Shown piece by piece: positions 1 to 9,347 of a stretch of 64,000 nucleotides of DNA. Source of the stretch: Nibricoccus sp. (GTDB taxonomy: Bacteria; Verrucomicrobiota; Verrucomicrobiia; Opitutales; Opitutaceae). Both the position numbers and the translations under genes were made by a program. The notes below the pieces were generated by a model. That model was not told where the DNA came from. It saw only the letters and a program-made list of their open reading frames with translations, and ran no database searches. The stretch lies in assembly GCA_047602425.1 (NCBI GenBank), contig JASGHG010000001.1:2080001-2144000 (forward strand), in the 5' to 3' direction. The stretch's first letter is position 1, and each line of letters opens with the position of its first letter.

Positions 1-879
1 CTGGCCGGTGACTTTGGCCGCGGAACCGATTTCCTTGACGACGGCTTCGAATTTGCGGCCGGGAAACGCATCGATGGCGACCTTGGCCTTATCGCCCACC
101 TTCACGTTGACGATGTCGTTTTCGTTAATGTTCACGCGGACTTCCATGTTGGTGAGATCCGCGACGCGCATGACTTCGGCCATGCCGTAGGAGCCCGTGG
201 CGGCAACGCGTTCGCCGACTTCGCTGGAGCGCGAGCTGACGGTGCCATCGATTGGGGAATAGATGGTGGTTTTGGCGAAAAGGTCGCGGGCCTGTTTGAG
301 CGAACCTTCGCTGCGGCGGATGTTGGCCTGGGCGCTTTCGAGATCCGCCTGAGCGCTATCGAGCGTGGTTTTGGCGGTGGTGAAATCGGCGTCGGAAATC
401 AAGTTCCGCGAGTGCAGGTCCTGACTGCGTTTAAAATCTTCCTCGGCCTTCGCAAGACGGGCGGTTTGGTCGACGAATGCGGCTTTGGAGGCGGCGAGCG
501 AGGCCTCGGCCTGGTCGACTTGGTAGCGATAGTTGTCGGGCTTGATGCTCACGAGGAGATCGCCTTTTTTGACCGCGTTGCCCTCGCGCAATGGCAGTTG
601 AATGATTTCGCCGGAGACTTCCGGTGCGATCTTCACCTCGACCTCGGGCTGAATCTTGCCGGAGGCGGAAACGAGCTGGGTGATGGTTTTGATCACAGCC
701 TTCTCAACGTTGATGCGCACCACGCTGGCTTCGGCTTTCCGTTTCATGATCGAGGTCGTGATCAGCGCAATGATCACGACTACAGCGATAATGATGTAGA
801 GAGGCAGGCGGGAGCGTTTCTTTTTGGCAACAGGGACAATGCCCGGCCGGAGCTGGTCGGAGGAGGTTGCAGGCGTCAT
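1..879 (-). CDS. Efflux RND/MacA-type periplasmic adaptor (membrane fusion protein); 3' end runs off the window
   Basis: Translated by hand from ATG at 879: MTPATSSDQLRPG..., TM segment LPLYIIIAVVVIIALITT, then SASGKIQPEVEVKIAPEVSGEIIQLPLREGNAVKKGDLL (lipoyl-like half motif), coiled coil and TIYSPIDGTV. Absent from the ORF track because there is no stop in the window. Confidence 0.9.
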   Translation of the reverse strand, partial: MTPATSSDQLRPGIVPVAKKKRSRLPLYIIIAVVVIIALITTSIMKRKAEASVVRINVEKAVIKTITQLVSASGKIQPEVEVKIAPEVSGEIIQLPLREGNAVKKGDLLVSIKPDNYRYQVDQAEASLAASKAAFVDQTARLAKAEEDFKRSQDLHSRNLISDADFTTAKTTLDSAQADLESAQANIRRSEGSLKQARDLFAKTTIYSPIDGTVSSRSSEVGERVAATGSYGMAEVMRVADLTNMEVRVNINENDIVNVKVGDKAKVAIDAFPGRKFEAVVKEIGSAAKVTGQ

Positions 880-1032
880 GTTAAAGTCTTGGCTGTTATA
901 AGAACACCGGGTGCGAGACGTTTGTTACACGAAAAAGCTACAAACGGTGCAAACCCCGGCTGAACGGTTATTCCCGTGCTTATGTGTGCGTTAAGCCACC
1001 GAAATCCACGCGAATTTTGAGGACCCGCGAGG

Positions 1033-1773
1033 TTAGGTCTTTCCACCTCCGTGGAGCGCCGCGCCGACAATTCCGGCAGCATTGTGCATTTGGGCCGCCA
1101 CGAGAGGCGCGCGGGTTTTCAGGTGGGGAAAAAATTTCTCGCTCTTCGAACTAACGCCTCCGCCCAGAATGATCAGATCCGGGCTGAACAGCAGTTCCAT
1201 TAGTGCCAAGTAGCCGTTGAGACGCTTGCTCCACGCGTGCCAGCTCAAGCCGCGGTCTTTGCGGACGGAGGCGGCGACGTCTTTTTCGTAATCGTGACCT
1301 TTGTGCGGCACGTGGCCCAGTTCGGTATTGGGTACCAGTACGCCGTGGCGAAACAATGCCGAACCCACGCCCGTACCCAACGTGAAAAGCATCACCGTGC
1401 CCTTCCGGCCTTTGCCCGCGCCAAAATGCATCTCGGCCACGCCAGCCGCATCGGCGTCGTTGATCACTTTCACCGTCCGGCAACGTGCAACCTTGGCCAC
1501 CAACCGGCCGAGATCGCAATCGATGAAATCGTGATCCACGTTGGCCGCTGTTTTCACCACGCCGTTCAATACCACCCCAGGGAAACCAATTCCTATCGGC
1601 CCCCGCCATTCGAAATGTTTCGCGATGTCCGCCACCACGCGCGCCATGTGTTTTGGCGATATTTTTTCCGGCGTTTCGATGCGATGACGCTCCGCTAAAA
1701 GCTTGCCCGTGGAAATATTGACCGGAGCGCCTTTTACCGCCGAGCCGCCAATGTCGATGCCGAGAACGTGCAT
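1033..1773 (-). CDS. ppgK: Polyphosphate glucokinase (ROK family)
   Basis: LGIDIGGSAVKGAPV, GIGFPG, INDADAAGVAE, TLGTGVGSALF, PNTELGH, NAAGIVGAA; start taken at MHVLG. Confidence 0.88.
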   Translation of the reverse strand: MHVLGIDIGGSAVKGAPVNISTGKLLAERHRIETPEKISPKHMARVVADIAKHFEWRGPIGIGFPGVVLNGVVKTAANVDHDFIDCDLGRLVAKVARCRTVKVINDADAAGVAEMHFGAGKGRKGTVMLFTLGTGVGSALFRHGVLVPNTELGHVPHKGHDYEKDVAASVRKDRGLSWHAWSKRLNGYLALMELLFSPDLIILGGGVSSKSEKFFPHLKTRAPLVAAQMHNAAGIVGAALHGGGKT

Positions 1774-1789
1774 GCGGGAAGCTTGGTTT

Positions 1790-2266
1790 TCAACAACCGC
1801 ATTGTCCATCCTGACCATGCGGATGACCGTGCGAAATTTCATCCGCCGTCGCCGGACGCACCGCGACGATTTCGACGTCAAACGTCAGGTCCACGCCAGC
1901 CAACGGATGATTCGCGTCGAGCCATACTTCGTCGCCTTCGATTTTTGTCACCATCACGACCGGAGCGAAGCGGTCGTCGCCGGCCTGAAAGCGATCGCCG
2001 ACGTTCAACTCGCCTTCGATCGGCAATGCGCCTCGCGCTACGCGTTGCACCTGGGACTCGTCGCGAACGCCGTAAGCCTTTGCCGCCGGCACCGCGACGC
2101 GACGTTTTACGCCCGCGACTTCACCGCGCAATTGCTCCTCGAGGCCTTCGATGATTTGCCCGGCGCCTTCCAAGTAGCTCACCGGGTCGCCGCCGCCCGA
2201 CATATCCAAAACCCGGCCCTGCGAATCGCGCAGCGTATAGTGAAAAGTGACAACAGATCGCTCCAT
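1790..2266 (-). CDS. slyD: SlyD-type FKBP peptidyl-prolyl isomerase
   Basis: YLEGAGQIIEGLEEQL, AYG, LDANHPLAGVDLTFDVEIVAVRPATADEISHGH, His/Cys tail. Confidence 0.9.
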   Translation of the reverse strand: MERSVVTFHYTLRDSQGRVLDMSGGGDPVSYLEGAGQIIEGLEEQLRGEVAGVKRRVAVPAAKAYGVRDESQVQRVARGALPIEGELNVGDRFQAGDDRFAPVVMVTKIEGDEVWLDANHPLAGVDLTFDVEIVAVRPATADEISHGHPHGQDGQCGC

Positions 2267-2461
2267 ACCGCGATGCAGGCTAAATCCTTGATTCCGTGCA
2301 ATCCTTCGTCCCGAAAATTGGGGAATTCTGCGATAAATCCATTTCTCCAATAACTTCCGTTACTTTTTACCTAAGTTGCACCCCGTAAAACCCTTCTTAA
2401 ATTGCCAATTAATTACATCTAGCAGCTTGCAACCCGTCGTCAATGGGGCCAAATCCCTACC

Positions 2462-4561
2462 ATGCGCTTTTTGCGCCTATCCCTTATTGTCCTCATTGCA
2501 ACCGCTTCGGTCGCGACTGCAATCGCGTCGATCAGCGAGGCATTTACTTGGACGGGCTCGGCCGGGGATCAGAACTACAATAATCCGTCCAATTGGCTCG
2601 GCGGCGTGGTTCCGCCCAACAATGGCAGCGCCACACTCATCTTCGGCGATGCCGCTGGCACCCGTGTCACGCTACCGCTCGTGCTCGATGTCGCCCAGAT
2701 CCAGTTCGAAAACAGTCCGTCCAAAAACTATACGTTCAACACCGGTCTGCTCACGTTCCTCACGGTCCGAAACGGCCTGAGTGTCACTTCTGGCGGTAGC
2801 ACGTTTCTCGGCGAAAACATCACGCTCAACATCGCCGACACGCAGTATTTCTACGTTGCTTCCGGCAAACTCGATATTGCCGGCGGTCTCATCGGCGGCG
2901 GTGATCTTGTGAAATCCGGCGGCGGCCTGCTTCGTCTCGACGGTTTCAATCTCCTGCATGGCAGCACGCAGGTCGATGGCGGCGCGCTTATCTTTTCCAA
3001 CACTTACGCGCTGCCTTCGGGCAGCATTTCCGCCTCGGCCAACGGTTACGTCGGCGCGGAAAATCAGAGCACGCTCAAACTCATGCTCGGCCAGCTCAAC
3101 TCCAGCACTTTCGCCGGGTCCATTGGCCTCGATTCCGCGCCAGGAGGCTCGCTCTCGACTTTCACCGATCAAATCGACGTCACCAATCTCACCAACTACG
3201 CCGGCCTCGGTTCAACCACGGTGGCGAAACTCACCGGCAATTTCCGCGTCTCTTCCAACCAGGACTACCGTTTCAGCGGCGGCGCCGGCACTCTCTTCGT
3301 CCAGACCAATCTCACGAATTACGGCTCCGACCTGCGTCTCACGTCGGTCCATGGCACCCCGCTCAGCGTTTTCCTGCAGGGTTCGAATAATTTCGGCGGC
3401 AGCGTCAACGTCCTCAATTCCGTCCTCGTTCTCGACAGCCATCAGGCAGTATCCAGCGGAAAAGTACTGAACATCGACGGCCCCGGCTACATCGGTGCCA
3501 CTGAGCGTTTTGGCGGTTCAACCTCCAGCTTCCTCTCCCAGCTCAAGGCCGGAAGCCCCAACTCCATCGCCGGCTTCGACTCCACCAACATTTCCGCGCC
3601 CCGCACGATTACCGAGGACATTGACCTCTCCGTCGGCGGCACGCGCAACGACCCTTACTACCTCGGCACCACGACCAAGGTCACGCTCACTGGCAAACTC
3701 ACGCCGACCAATGGCGATTCGCTTTATCTCACCGCAGTCAAAGGTGGGCATCTGATCGTTGGTTCGACCTTGGGCAACAACATCCCCGGCGTCGTGGTCG
3801 GTCAGGCCAATTCCTTCGATCCGCAAGGCGGCACAGTGGAACTCACCGGCCACAACAACTACTCCGGCGGCACCAAGATCCTCGGCGGCACCCTCCGCGC
3901 CAGCAATAACTCCGCTCTCGGCACCGGCTCCGTCGACGTCGGCTCGGGCGCCACGCTCGACATCAGCTCCGGAACCAGCATCTCGAACCAACTCGACATT
4001 GCCTCCGGTGGACGTCTTTCCGGCCGCGGCGCCATCGGCACACCCGGCGGAGTTTACTTTGGAAACGGAGCCATCCTTTCGCCCGGCGGCCCCGGCAGCA
4101 TCGGCACCCTCACGTTTAATTCCAAGGTCACCTTCGGCTCCGGTTCGGTCCTCGAATTTGACATCGGCAACCTCAACGCCGGTGCCGGCATCGGCTGGGA
4201 CCTCGTCAACGTCAACAGCCTCGTCAATCTCGCCGCCCAAGGTGGTTCGCTCATCACGCTCGATCTCAAGACGCTCACGCTCGGTGGCTCCGCGGGCTTG
4301 CTTACGGGTTTTGACGCCACGCAGTCATATAGCTGGCTGTTTCTCTCCGCGAACAACATCTCGGGTTTCTCCAGCGACAAATTCGTCTTCGATACCTCCG
4401 GTTTCGCCAACAGCCTCGGCAACGGAAACTTCTTCGTCACGCAGGGAAATGCCGGCCTTTCGATTAATTTCACCCCGGTACCCGAGCCCGGCACCTACGC
4501 GCTCTTCGCTCTTGGTCTTGGCATTCTTGGCCTGCGCGAACTCCGCCGCCGGCGGAAGTAA
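2462..4561 (+). CDS. Secreted PEP-CTERM protein with autotransporter-associated beta-strand repeats
   Basis: Signal peptide; repeats LVKSGGGLLRLDGFN, LTGHNNYSGGTKILGGTL; C-terminus VPEPGTYALFALGLGILGLRELRRRRK. Confidence 0.92.
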   Translation: MRFLRLSLIVLIATASVATAIASISEAFTWTGSAGDQNYNNPSNWLGGVVPPNNGSATLIFGDAAGTRVTLPLVLDVAQIQFENSPSKNYTFNTGLLTFLTVRNGLSVTSGGSTFLGENITLNIADTQYFYVASGKLDIAGGLIGGGDLVKSGGGLLRLDGFNLLHGSTQVDGGALIFSNTYALPSGSISASANGYVGAENQSTLKLMLGQLNSSTFAGSIGLDSAPGGSLSTFTDQIDVTNLTNYAGLGSTTVAKLTGNFRVSSNQDYRFSGGAGTLFVQTNLTNYGSDLRLTSVHGTPLSVFLQGSNNFGGSVNVLNSVLVLDSHQAVSSGKVLNIDGPGYIGATERFGGSTSSFLSQLKAGSPNSIAGFDSTNISAPRTITEDIDLSVGGTRNDPYYLGTTTKVTLTGKLTPTNGDSLYLTAVKGGHLIVGSTLGNNIPGVVVGQANSFDPQGGTVELTGHNNYSGGTKILGGTLRASNNSALGTGSVDVGSGATLDISSGTSISNQLDIASGGRLSGRGAIGTPGGVYFGNGAILSPGGPGSIGTLTFNSKVTFGSGSVLEFDIGNLNAGAGIGWDLVNVNSLVNLAAQGGSLITLDLKTLTLGGSAGLLTGFDATQSYSWLFLSANNISGFSSDKFVFDTSGFANSLGNGNFFVTQGNAGLSINFTPVPEPGTYALFALGLGILGLRELRRRRK

Positions 4562-4598
4562 AACCGGTTCAGGCGCACAAGAATATCTGGCGTTTGAA

Positions 4599-4684
4599 GG
4601 CAGGGACGACCCGCCGGTCGTCGGAAAATGTATCCTTGGGAAATCCCCGCTCCCACACGGACGTCCCGGCGGTCCGTCCCTACC
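4599..4684. repeat. GTAG-type REP doublet (inverted pair)
   Basis: GGCAGGGACGACCCGCCGGTCGTC ... reverse complement of GTAGGGACGGACCGCCGGGACGTC; the latter matches 32386-32409 at 23/24 nt. Confidence 0.8.
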
Positions 4685-4704
4685 AGCCGAGCCGCGGCAG
4701 TCGT

Positions 4705-5289
4705 TTATCTGTCTGAGCTAGAACGTATATTTTTCAGACGAAAATGGTCAAAATTGCCTGCAAAAGCTCGTTGTTTGGCTGTTTGTCTCAATTGCGTAGC
4801 CGCAGTCTCAATTGCTACGTTGTTTGTCTCAATTGCTAGGCTGCCTGTCTCATTTGCTAGGCTGTTTGAGCCGGTTGCTAGCGTGTGCGAGGTCGTTGCT
4901 TTGGCGTACGCAGCCATTGCTTTCGCGTCACAGGTCGTTGCTAGACCGTTCGTGCTCATTGTTTGGACGTTCGACCTAGTTGCTCGACGGTACGATCTCG
5001 TTGCTGCGTCCTCAGCGGTCATTGTTTTGTGGTCAGAGCTCATTGTTTGCGTGTCAGCGGCTGTTGCGCGGCTGTTCGCATGAGTTGTTTCAATGTTTGC
5101 GTGAGTTGTTTCGACGTCTGCATGAGTTGTTTGGATGTCTACATGAGTTGCGTGGCCGTTTGCCTGCATTGTTTCGATGTTCGTGCGAGATGCGCGGCTG
5201 TCTGAGTGTGTTGCTTGGCTGTCCGGACGAGTTGCGGCGCTGTTCGGATGAGTTGTTTGAAGGTTAGCAACTGTTGCGACGCCGTTCAT
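4705..5289 (-). CDS. Possible heptad-repeat low-complexity protein (may be non-coding)
   Basis: Frame open across the array (TTHADVE/TTHANIE/TTHANSR...), ATG at 5289 with GGAG upstream, but it lies just after a terminator. Confidence 0.3.
   Translation of the reverse strand: MNGVATVANLQTTHPNSAATRPDSQATHSDSRASRTNIETMQANGHATHVDIQTTHADVETTHANIETTHANSRATAADTQTMSSDHKTMTAEDAATRSYRRATRSNVQTMSTNGLATTCDAKAMAAYAKATTSHTLATGSNSLANETGSLAIETNNVAIETAATQLRQTAKQRAFAGNFDHFRLKNIRSSSDR
4770..5278. repeat. Degenerate 21-nt-period tandem array (~25 units, RTTGY core)
   Basis: TTG recurs every 21 nt from 4812 to 5274 (one ATG variant at 5190); two more units at 4771 and 4792 are offset by 1 nt. Confidence 0.9.
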
Positions 5290-5313
5290 TTCAGCTGCTC
5301 CGCCGCTCCGACG

Positions 5314-5348
5314 AAAAAACACGCCTGCCGGATTTCCAGCAGACGTGT
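5314..5348 (-). terminator. Intrinsic terminator after the vWA gene
   Basis: Minus strand ACACGTCTGCTGGAAATCCGGCAGGCGTGT followed by TTTTT. Confidence 0.75.
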
Positions 5349-5400
5349 CTTGGCTAAAACAACCTGACTCAAATGCAGCGGCTTCCGCGGCGATGAGAAC

Positions 5401-7737
5401 TCACCCGCTGATGATGCCTTTGGCTTTCCTCACGAGGTCCATGAATTCGTGACGGTAGCCATTCGCATCTTCGCCGAGACCGGACTCCGCCCAGCCTTGC
5501 ACCGCCTCGAAGGAGGTCGTGCCTTTGTGCGGCGACTCGCGCAGCAACATGCCGAATCCGGCAACGGCGGCAGCGAATTTGAAGTCCTGGCTCGCATTCG
5601 CGAACACTTCGCCGATGTCAATCAGCGGGAATTCCAACTTGCTGCTCACATCGGAAGACGGGGCTTTGTAGCGAAGCTTCAGGGTGAGTAGTTCGGGAGA
5701 CGCGTCGGCTTTGGCGGTCTTGGCATCTTTTTTGGCGGTGGCGGGCTGGTATTTCAATGGGTCGACCGCGGGGATGTCCGTCGGCGATTCGACGCCGACC
5801 GGCACGATTTCGTAGAGCGCTGTCACGGTGTGGCCCGCGCCGATTTCGCCGGCGTCGATCTTGTCGTTGTTGAAATCCTCCTTCTTGAGCATGCGGTTCT
5901 CGTATCCGATCAGGCGATACGACTGGACCCTGGCGGGGTTGAACTCGACCTGGATCTTCACGTCCTTCGCGATCGTCACGAGCGTGCCACTGAGCTGATC
6001 GGCGAGGAGCTTTTTCGCCTCGGCAAGGTTGTCGACGTAACCGTAGTTGCCGTTGCCCTTGTCGGCGAGCTTCTCGAGCGTGGAGTCCTTGTAGTTGTTC
6101 ATGCCGAAACCAAGCGCCGTAAGGAACACGCCGGACTTCGCCTTTTCCTCGACGAAGCGGATGAGGTCGCCCTGGTTGGTCACGCCGACATTAAAATCGC
6201 CGTCGGTGCAGAGCACGACGCGGTTGGCGCCGTCCTTGATGAAGTTGGCCTTGGCGATGTCGTAGGCGAGCTGGATGCCCATCGCGCCGTTGGTCGAGCC
6301 GCCCGGCCGCAACGCGTCGATCGCGTCGAGGATTTCCTGCTTCTGCGAGATTGGCGTCGAAGGCAGCGCGAGGCCCGAGGCTCCGGCGTAGACTGCAATG
6401 GCCACGCGATCGGTCGGCTTGAGCTTCTCGACGAGCACGCGCATCGATTCCTTCACGAGCGGGAGTTTATTCGGCTCGTTCATGGAACCCGAAACATCCA
6501 ACAGGAACACAAGGTTCAGCACGGGACGTTCCACTTCGGAAAGTTCGCGGCCCTTCAGCCCGATGCGCACGAGGCGGTGCTGCGGATTCCAAGGCGCGCT
6601 GGCGACCTCCATCGTGGTGGCGAATGGCTTGTCGTCTTTTGGCGCAGTGTAGTTGTAAGGGAAATAATTGACCATTTCCTCGATGCGCACGGCATCGCGC
6701 GGCGGACGGCGGCCGAAGTTCAGGAAGCGCCGCAGGTTCGAATACGCCGCGGTGTCGACATCGATGGAGAACGTCGAAAGCGGATTGCCCGCGGTGTCGA
6801 GATAGCTGTTATCGACAATCTGGTCGTAGGTCTCGGTGTTGAAGGACTTGGCGGCTCCGCCGACGGCGGCGACAGCGACTTCCGCCGGCATTTCCATGCG
6901 AGGCGGTTCGGTGGCGACGCTGAAACTATTCAGCGCAATCATCCCTTCGTTGTTTGAGGCCAGCGGCGGCGGAGCGGAAGGCACTCCACGAGCCCGCCCT
7001 GCAGGCGCCGCTGCGGCTTCCTGGCGTTTTTGCATTTGGGAGCGGACTGAATTCTGAACCACCGCACCCACGTCGCTCGCCGCCAAGGAGCCCAAACTTT
7101 GATTAAACGTAACGGTGCTCGGCTGCTGCAATGCGAGCGCAGTCGCGCTGCCCTGGCGCTGCCCTTCGACATTCATTTTTTCGAGCTGTACGACCTCGGG
7201 ATACATGTCGTTTTTGGCGTCCGGCTTCGCCTTATCCGCGAAGGATGGCAGGTGGACGACGTCATCGCCGTCCTTCTTCAATTCGACCTCGATCAAACCG
7301 CGGCTGATCGCATCGAGCTTGGCCATCTCCGCGGCCATTTTGCGCTGTTGCACCGCCTCGGCTTTCAGCTGGGCGAGCCTGACGTCCTCACGTTTCAATT
7401 TTTGATCCTGCAAAACGAAGATTGCCGCCACACAGGCGGCGGCCAAACCGCCCACGAGGTAGAAGGGCAGGCGCAGAAACTTGCGCGGACGATAGGCTTC
7501 GCGCGCAGTCGGCGGTGCATCCTTCACTTGCGGCGGCGGCACGACGAAGGGCAAGGGCTCCTTGGCGAGGGCGGCGGAGAGATCGCCGCTGAGCGCGCGG
7601 ATTTGCGCGACGGTTGCCTGCGCGGCGGGATTGTCTTTGAGCGCCGCTTCAACGGCCACGTGTTCGGCGGCGTCGAGTTCGCCGAGGGCATAGGCGGTCA
7701 GGCGGGGATCGTCGGGCGTGAGATGGGAAATTTTCAT
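5401..7737 (-). CDS. YfbK-like von Willebrand factor A protein with N-terminal anti-sigma-like segment and TM helix
   Basis: LTAYALGELD N-terminus, TM helix, PLSTFSIDVDTAAY, MIDAS LLDVSGSM, TDGDFNVG, IAKDVKIQVEFNP, DAGEIGAGHTVTALYEI. Confidence 0.9.
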   Translation of the reverse strand: MKISHLTPDDPRLTAYALGELDAAEHVAVEAALKDNPAAQATVAQIRALSGDLSAALAKEPLPFVVPPPQVKDAPPTAREAYRPRKFLRLPFYLVGGLAAACVAAIFVLQDQKLKREDVRLAQLKAEAVQQRKMAAEMAKLDAISRGLIEVELKKDGDDVVHLPSFADKAKPDAKNDMYPEVVQLEKMNVEGQRQGSATALALQQPSTVTFNQSLGSLAASDVGAVVQNSVRSQMQKRQEAAAAPAGRARGVPSAPPPLASNNEGMIALNSFSVATEPPRMEMPAEVAVAAVGGAAKSFNTETYDQIVDNSYLDTAGNPLSTFSIDVDTAAYSNLRRFLNFGRRPPRDAVRIEEMVNYFPYNYTAPKDDKPFATTMEVASAPWNPQHRLVRIGLKGRELSEVERPVLNLVFLLDVSGSMNEPNKLPLVKESMRVLVEKLKPTDRVAIAVYAGASGLALPSTPISQKQEILDAIDALRPGGSTNGAMGIQLAYDIAKANFIKDGANRVVLCTDGDFNVGVTNQGDLIRFVEEKAKSGVFLTALGFGMNNYKDSTLEKLADKGNGNYGYVDNLAEAKKLLADQLSGTLVTIAKDVKIQVEFNPARVQSYRLIGYENRMLKKEDFNNDKIDAGEIGAGHTVTALYEIVPVGVESPTDIPAVDPLKYQPATAKKDAKTAKADASPELLTLKLRYKAPSSDVSSKLEFPLIDIGEVFANASQDFKFAAAVAGFGMLLRESPHKGTTSFEAVQGWAESGLGEDANGYRHEFMDLVRKAKGIISG

Positions 7738-7757
7738 CGGTTCGTTCTCCTTGTATT

Positions 7758-8282
7758 TCAGGTGCGCTGCGCGGCGTATTCGGCGCGGAGGCGGGTGACG
7801 GCGTGGTGGATCAAAACGCCGACGTGGCTCACGGAGTGAGCGGTGATGCGGCTGATTTCCTTGTAGCTGAAGCCGCTCTGGAATTTGAGTCTTAGTACTT
7901 CCTGCTGGTTCGGCGGTAGCTTGTCGATCATGCGCAGGAGGGCATCGTGGGTTTCCTCCGCTTCGAGGGAACGCGTTGGCCGGGGGTCCTCGGTGCTCAC
8001 GCGCTCCAGTTCGCCTTCTTCAAAGCGTTTCATGCGCCCCTCCTTCCGCATGACGTCGAGCGCACGATGGCGGCAGACCGTGAAAAGCCATTCGGCGAGG
8101 TGGCCGTTAACCGCCGCGGGCGGCTGGCCCATGAGTTTAACAAAAGTATCCTGAACGATGTCGCGCGCGCGATCGGGGTCGCCGACCAGACGCGTCGCGT
8201 AGCGAGTGAGCGGCGATTGATAGTCCGCCACCGCGTTCTGCACAAAATTCTCAGCGTGTTCATGGGAGTTATCCCGGTTCAT
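7758..8282 (-). CDS. ECF-type sigma-70 factor
   Basis: Region 2 ARDIVQDTFVKL...WLFTVCRHRALD; region 4 LPPNQQEVLRLKFQSGFSYKEIS. Confidence 0.93.
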   Translation of the reverse strand: MNRDNSHEHAENFVQNAVADYQSPLTRYATRLVGDPDRARDIVQDTFVKLMGQPPAAVNGHLAEWLFTVCRHRALDVMRKEGRMKRFEEGELERVSTEDPRPTRSLEAEETHDALLRMIDKLPPNQQEVLRLKFQSGFSYKEISRITAHSVSHVGVLIHHAVTRLRAEYAAQRT

Positions 8283-8386
8283 TTTGGGGTCTCTGGTTGA
8301 AGTGACCTACGCTGGGTTTAACGCACGAACACGCGCTTTCTTACTAAAAATCTTTTCGCGGCCTTCCGCCGCCTCGGAGCTCCGGG

Positions 8387-9106
8387 TTAATGCTTGCGCT
8401 TGTAGACCACGCGAGTGTCGCAGAAGTGGTCGTGCATGGCGCGTTTCTCGGAGTCGAAGCCGGCAACAATGTAGCCGATGCAAAGCGTGAAGTACTTCGC
8501 GAGAACCTCGGAAAAATAGCGGCCAACAATCTGGCCAGTCCCGAGCGAATCGCCGCGCGTGCTTATCACCTGCAAGCCGAAGATCATTTTACCCGGGGTG
8601 GCGGCGAACTTCTTTAGGAAGAACCAGTAGAACGCCAAACGGATGACGCTATCCAAAAATGCCAGCAGCATGATGCGCTGAAAGAGCGGCTGCATCGCCT
8701 CCGGGCTCATCTGCAAAATATCGAACGGGTTGAGGTCTCCAAGACCGAGCGAACGCGTCAGCACTTGTGCGATTCCCCACAAAATCACCCAATCAATCAG
8801 CTTCGCCGCAACTCGGATCCAAAATCCCGCGTAGTTGACCCGCTCGCCCAAAATCGCCGAGACGTTAACGCTTTCGAAGGAGGCTGCAGGGCGCATATCC
8901 CCAACGGAGGGTTCGACAGACGGCGCTGTTCGTATCTCGGGCGGCGGCAGCGTCGACTCGACCTCGGCGTACGTTTTCCAATCCGCCATGCCGTGCTTCC
9001 AGACGAGCGTTTCTTCGCGAATGATTTTTTCGCGCGCGAGCCGCGCAAATTCCGAATCGCTCACCGGGCCGAGCCGCTGGTTGTTATTGGCGTAGTACCA
9101 AGGCAT
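8387..9106 (-). CDS. GYF_2 (DUF4339) plus RDD family membrane protein
   Basis: MPWYY...RLGPVS...TLVWKHGMADWK; YAGFWIRVAAKLID, ATPGKMIFGLQV, KRAMHDHFCDTRVV. Confidence 0.88.
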   Translation of the reverse strand: MPWYYANNNQRLGPVSDSEFARLAREKIIREETLVWKHGMADWKTYAEVESTLPPPEIRTAPSVEPSVGDMRPAASFESVNVSAILGERVNYAGFWIRVAAKLIDWVILWGIAQVLTRSLGLGDLNPFDILQMSPEAMQPLFQRIMLLAFLDSVIRLAFYWFFLKKFAATPGKMIFGLQVISTRGDSLGTGQIVGRYFSEVLAKYFTLCIGYIVAGFDSEKRAMHDHFCDTRVVYKRKH

Positions 9107-9347
9107 ATTTCGCCCCCGAATTTCCCGGCCCCGACGCGCCAACGCAATGGGAAACTTTGCCCTGAATCCGCCCACGCTCCCGGCTGGGATTTCTCGAATT
9201 TCGCGCAACCGCCGCTCGATAGCGGAAAATCCACCGCAACCTACGAGCCTATTTTAAACGCAAACTTCCACGTCGTGTGACCGTGCGCGCATTTTCTTTT
9301 GGTGTATTTTGAGTCTTTTTGTGGCCAACCTCTGCTAGATTTCTCTT

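Noticed and set aside
4770..5278. 21-nt array as a CRISPR array
   Set aside because: The constant part is only ~5 nt, the period is too short, and no cas genes are present.
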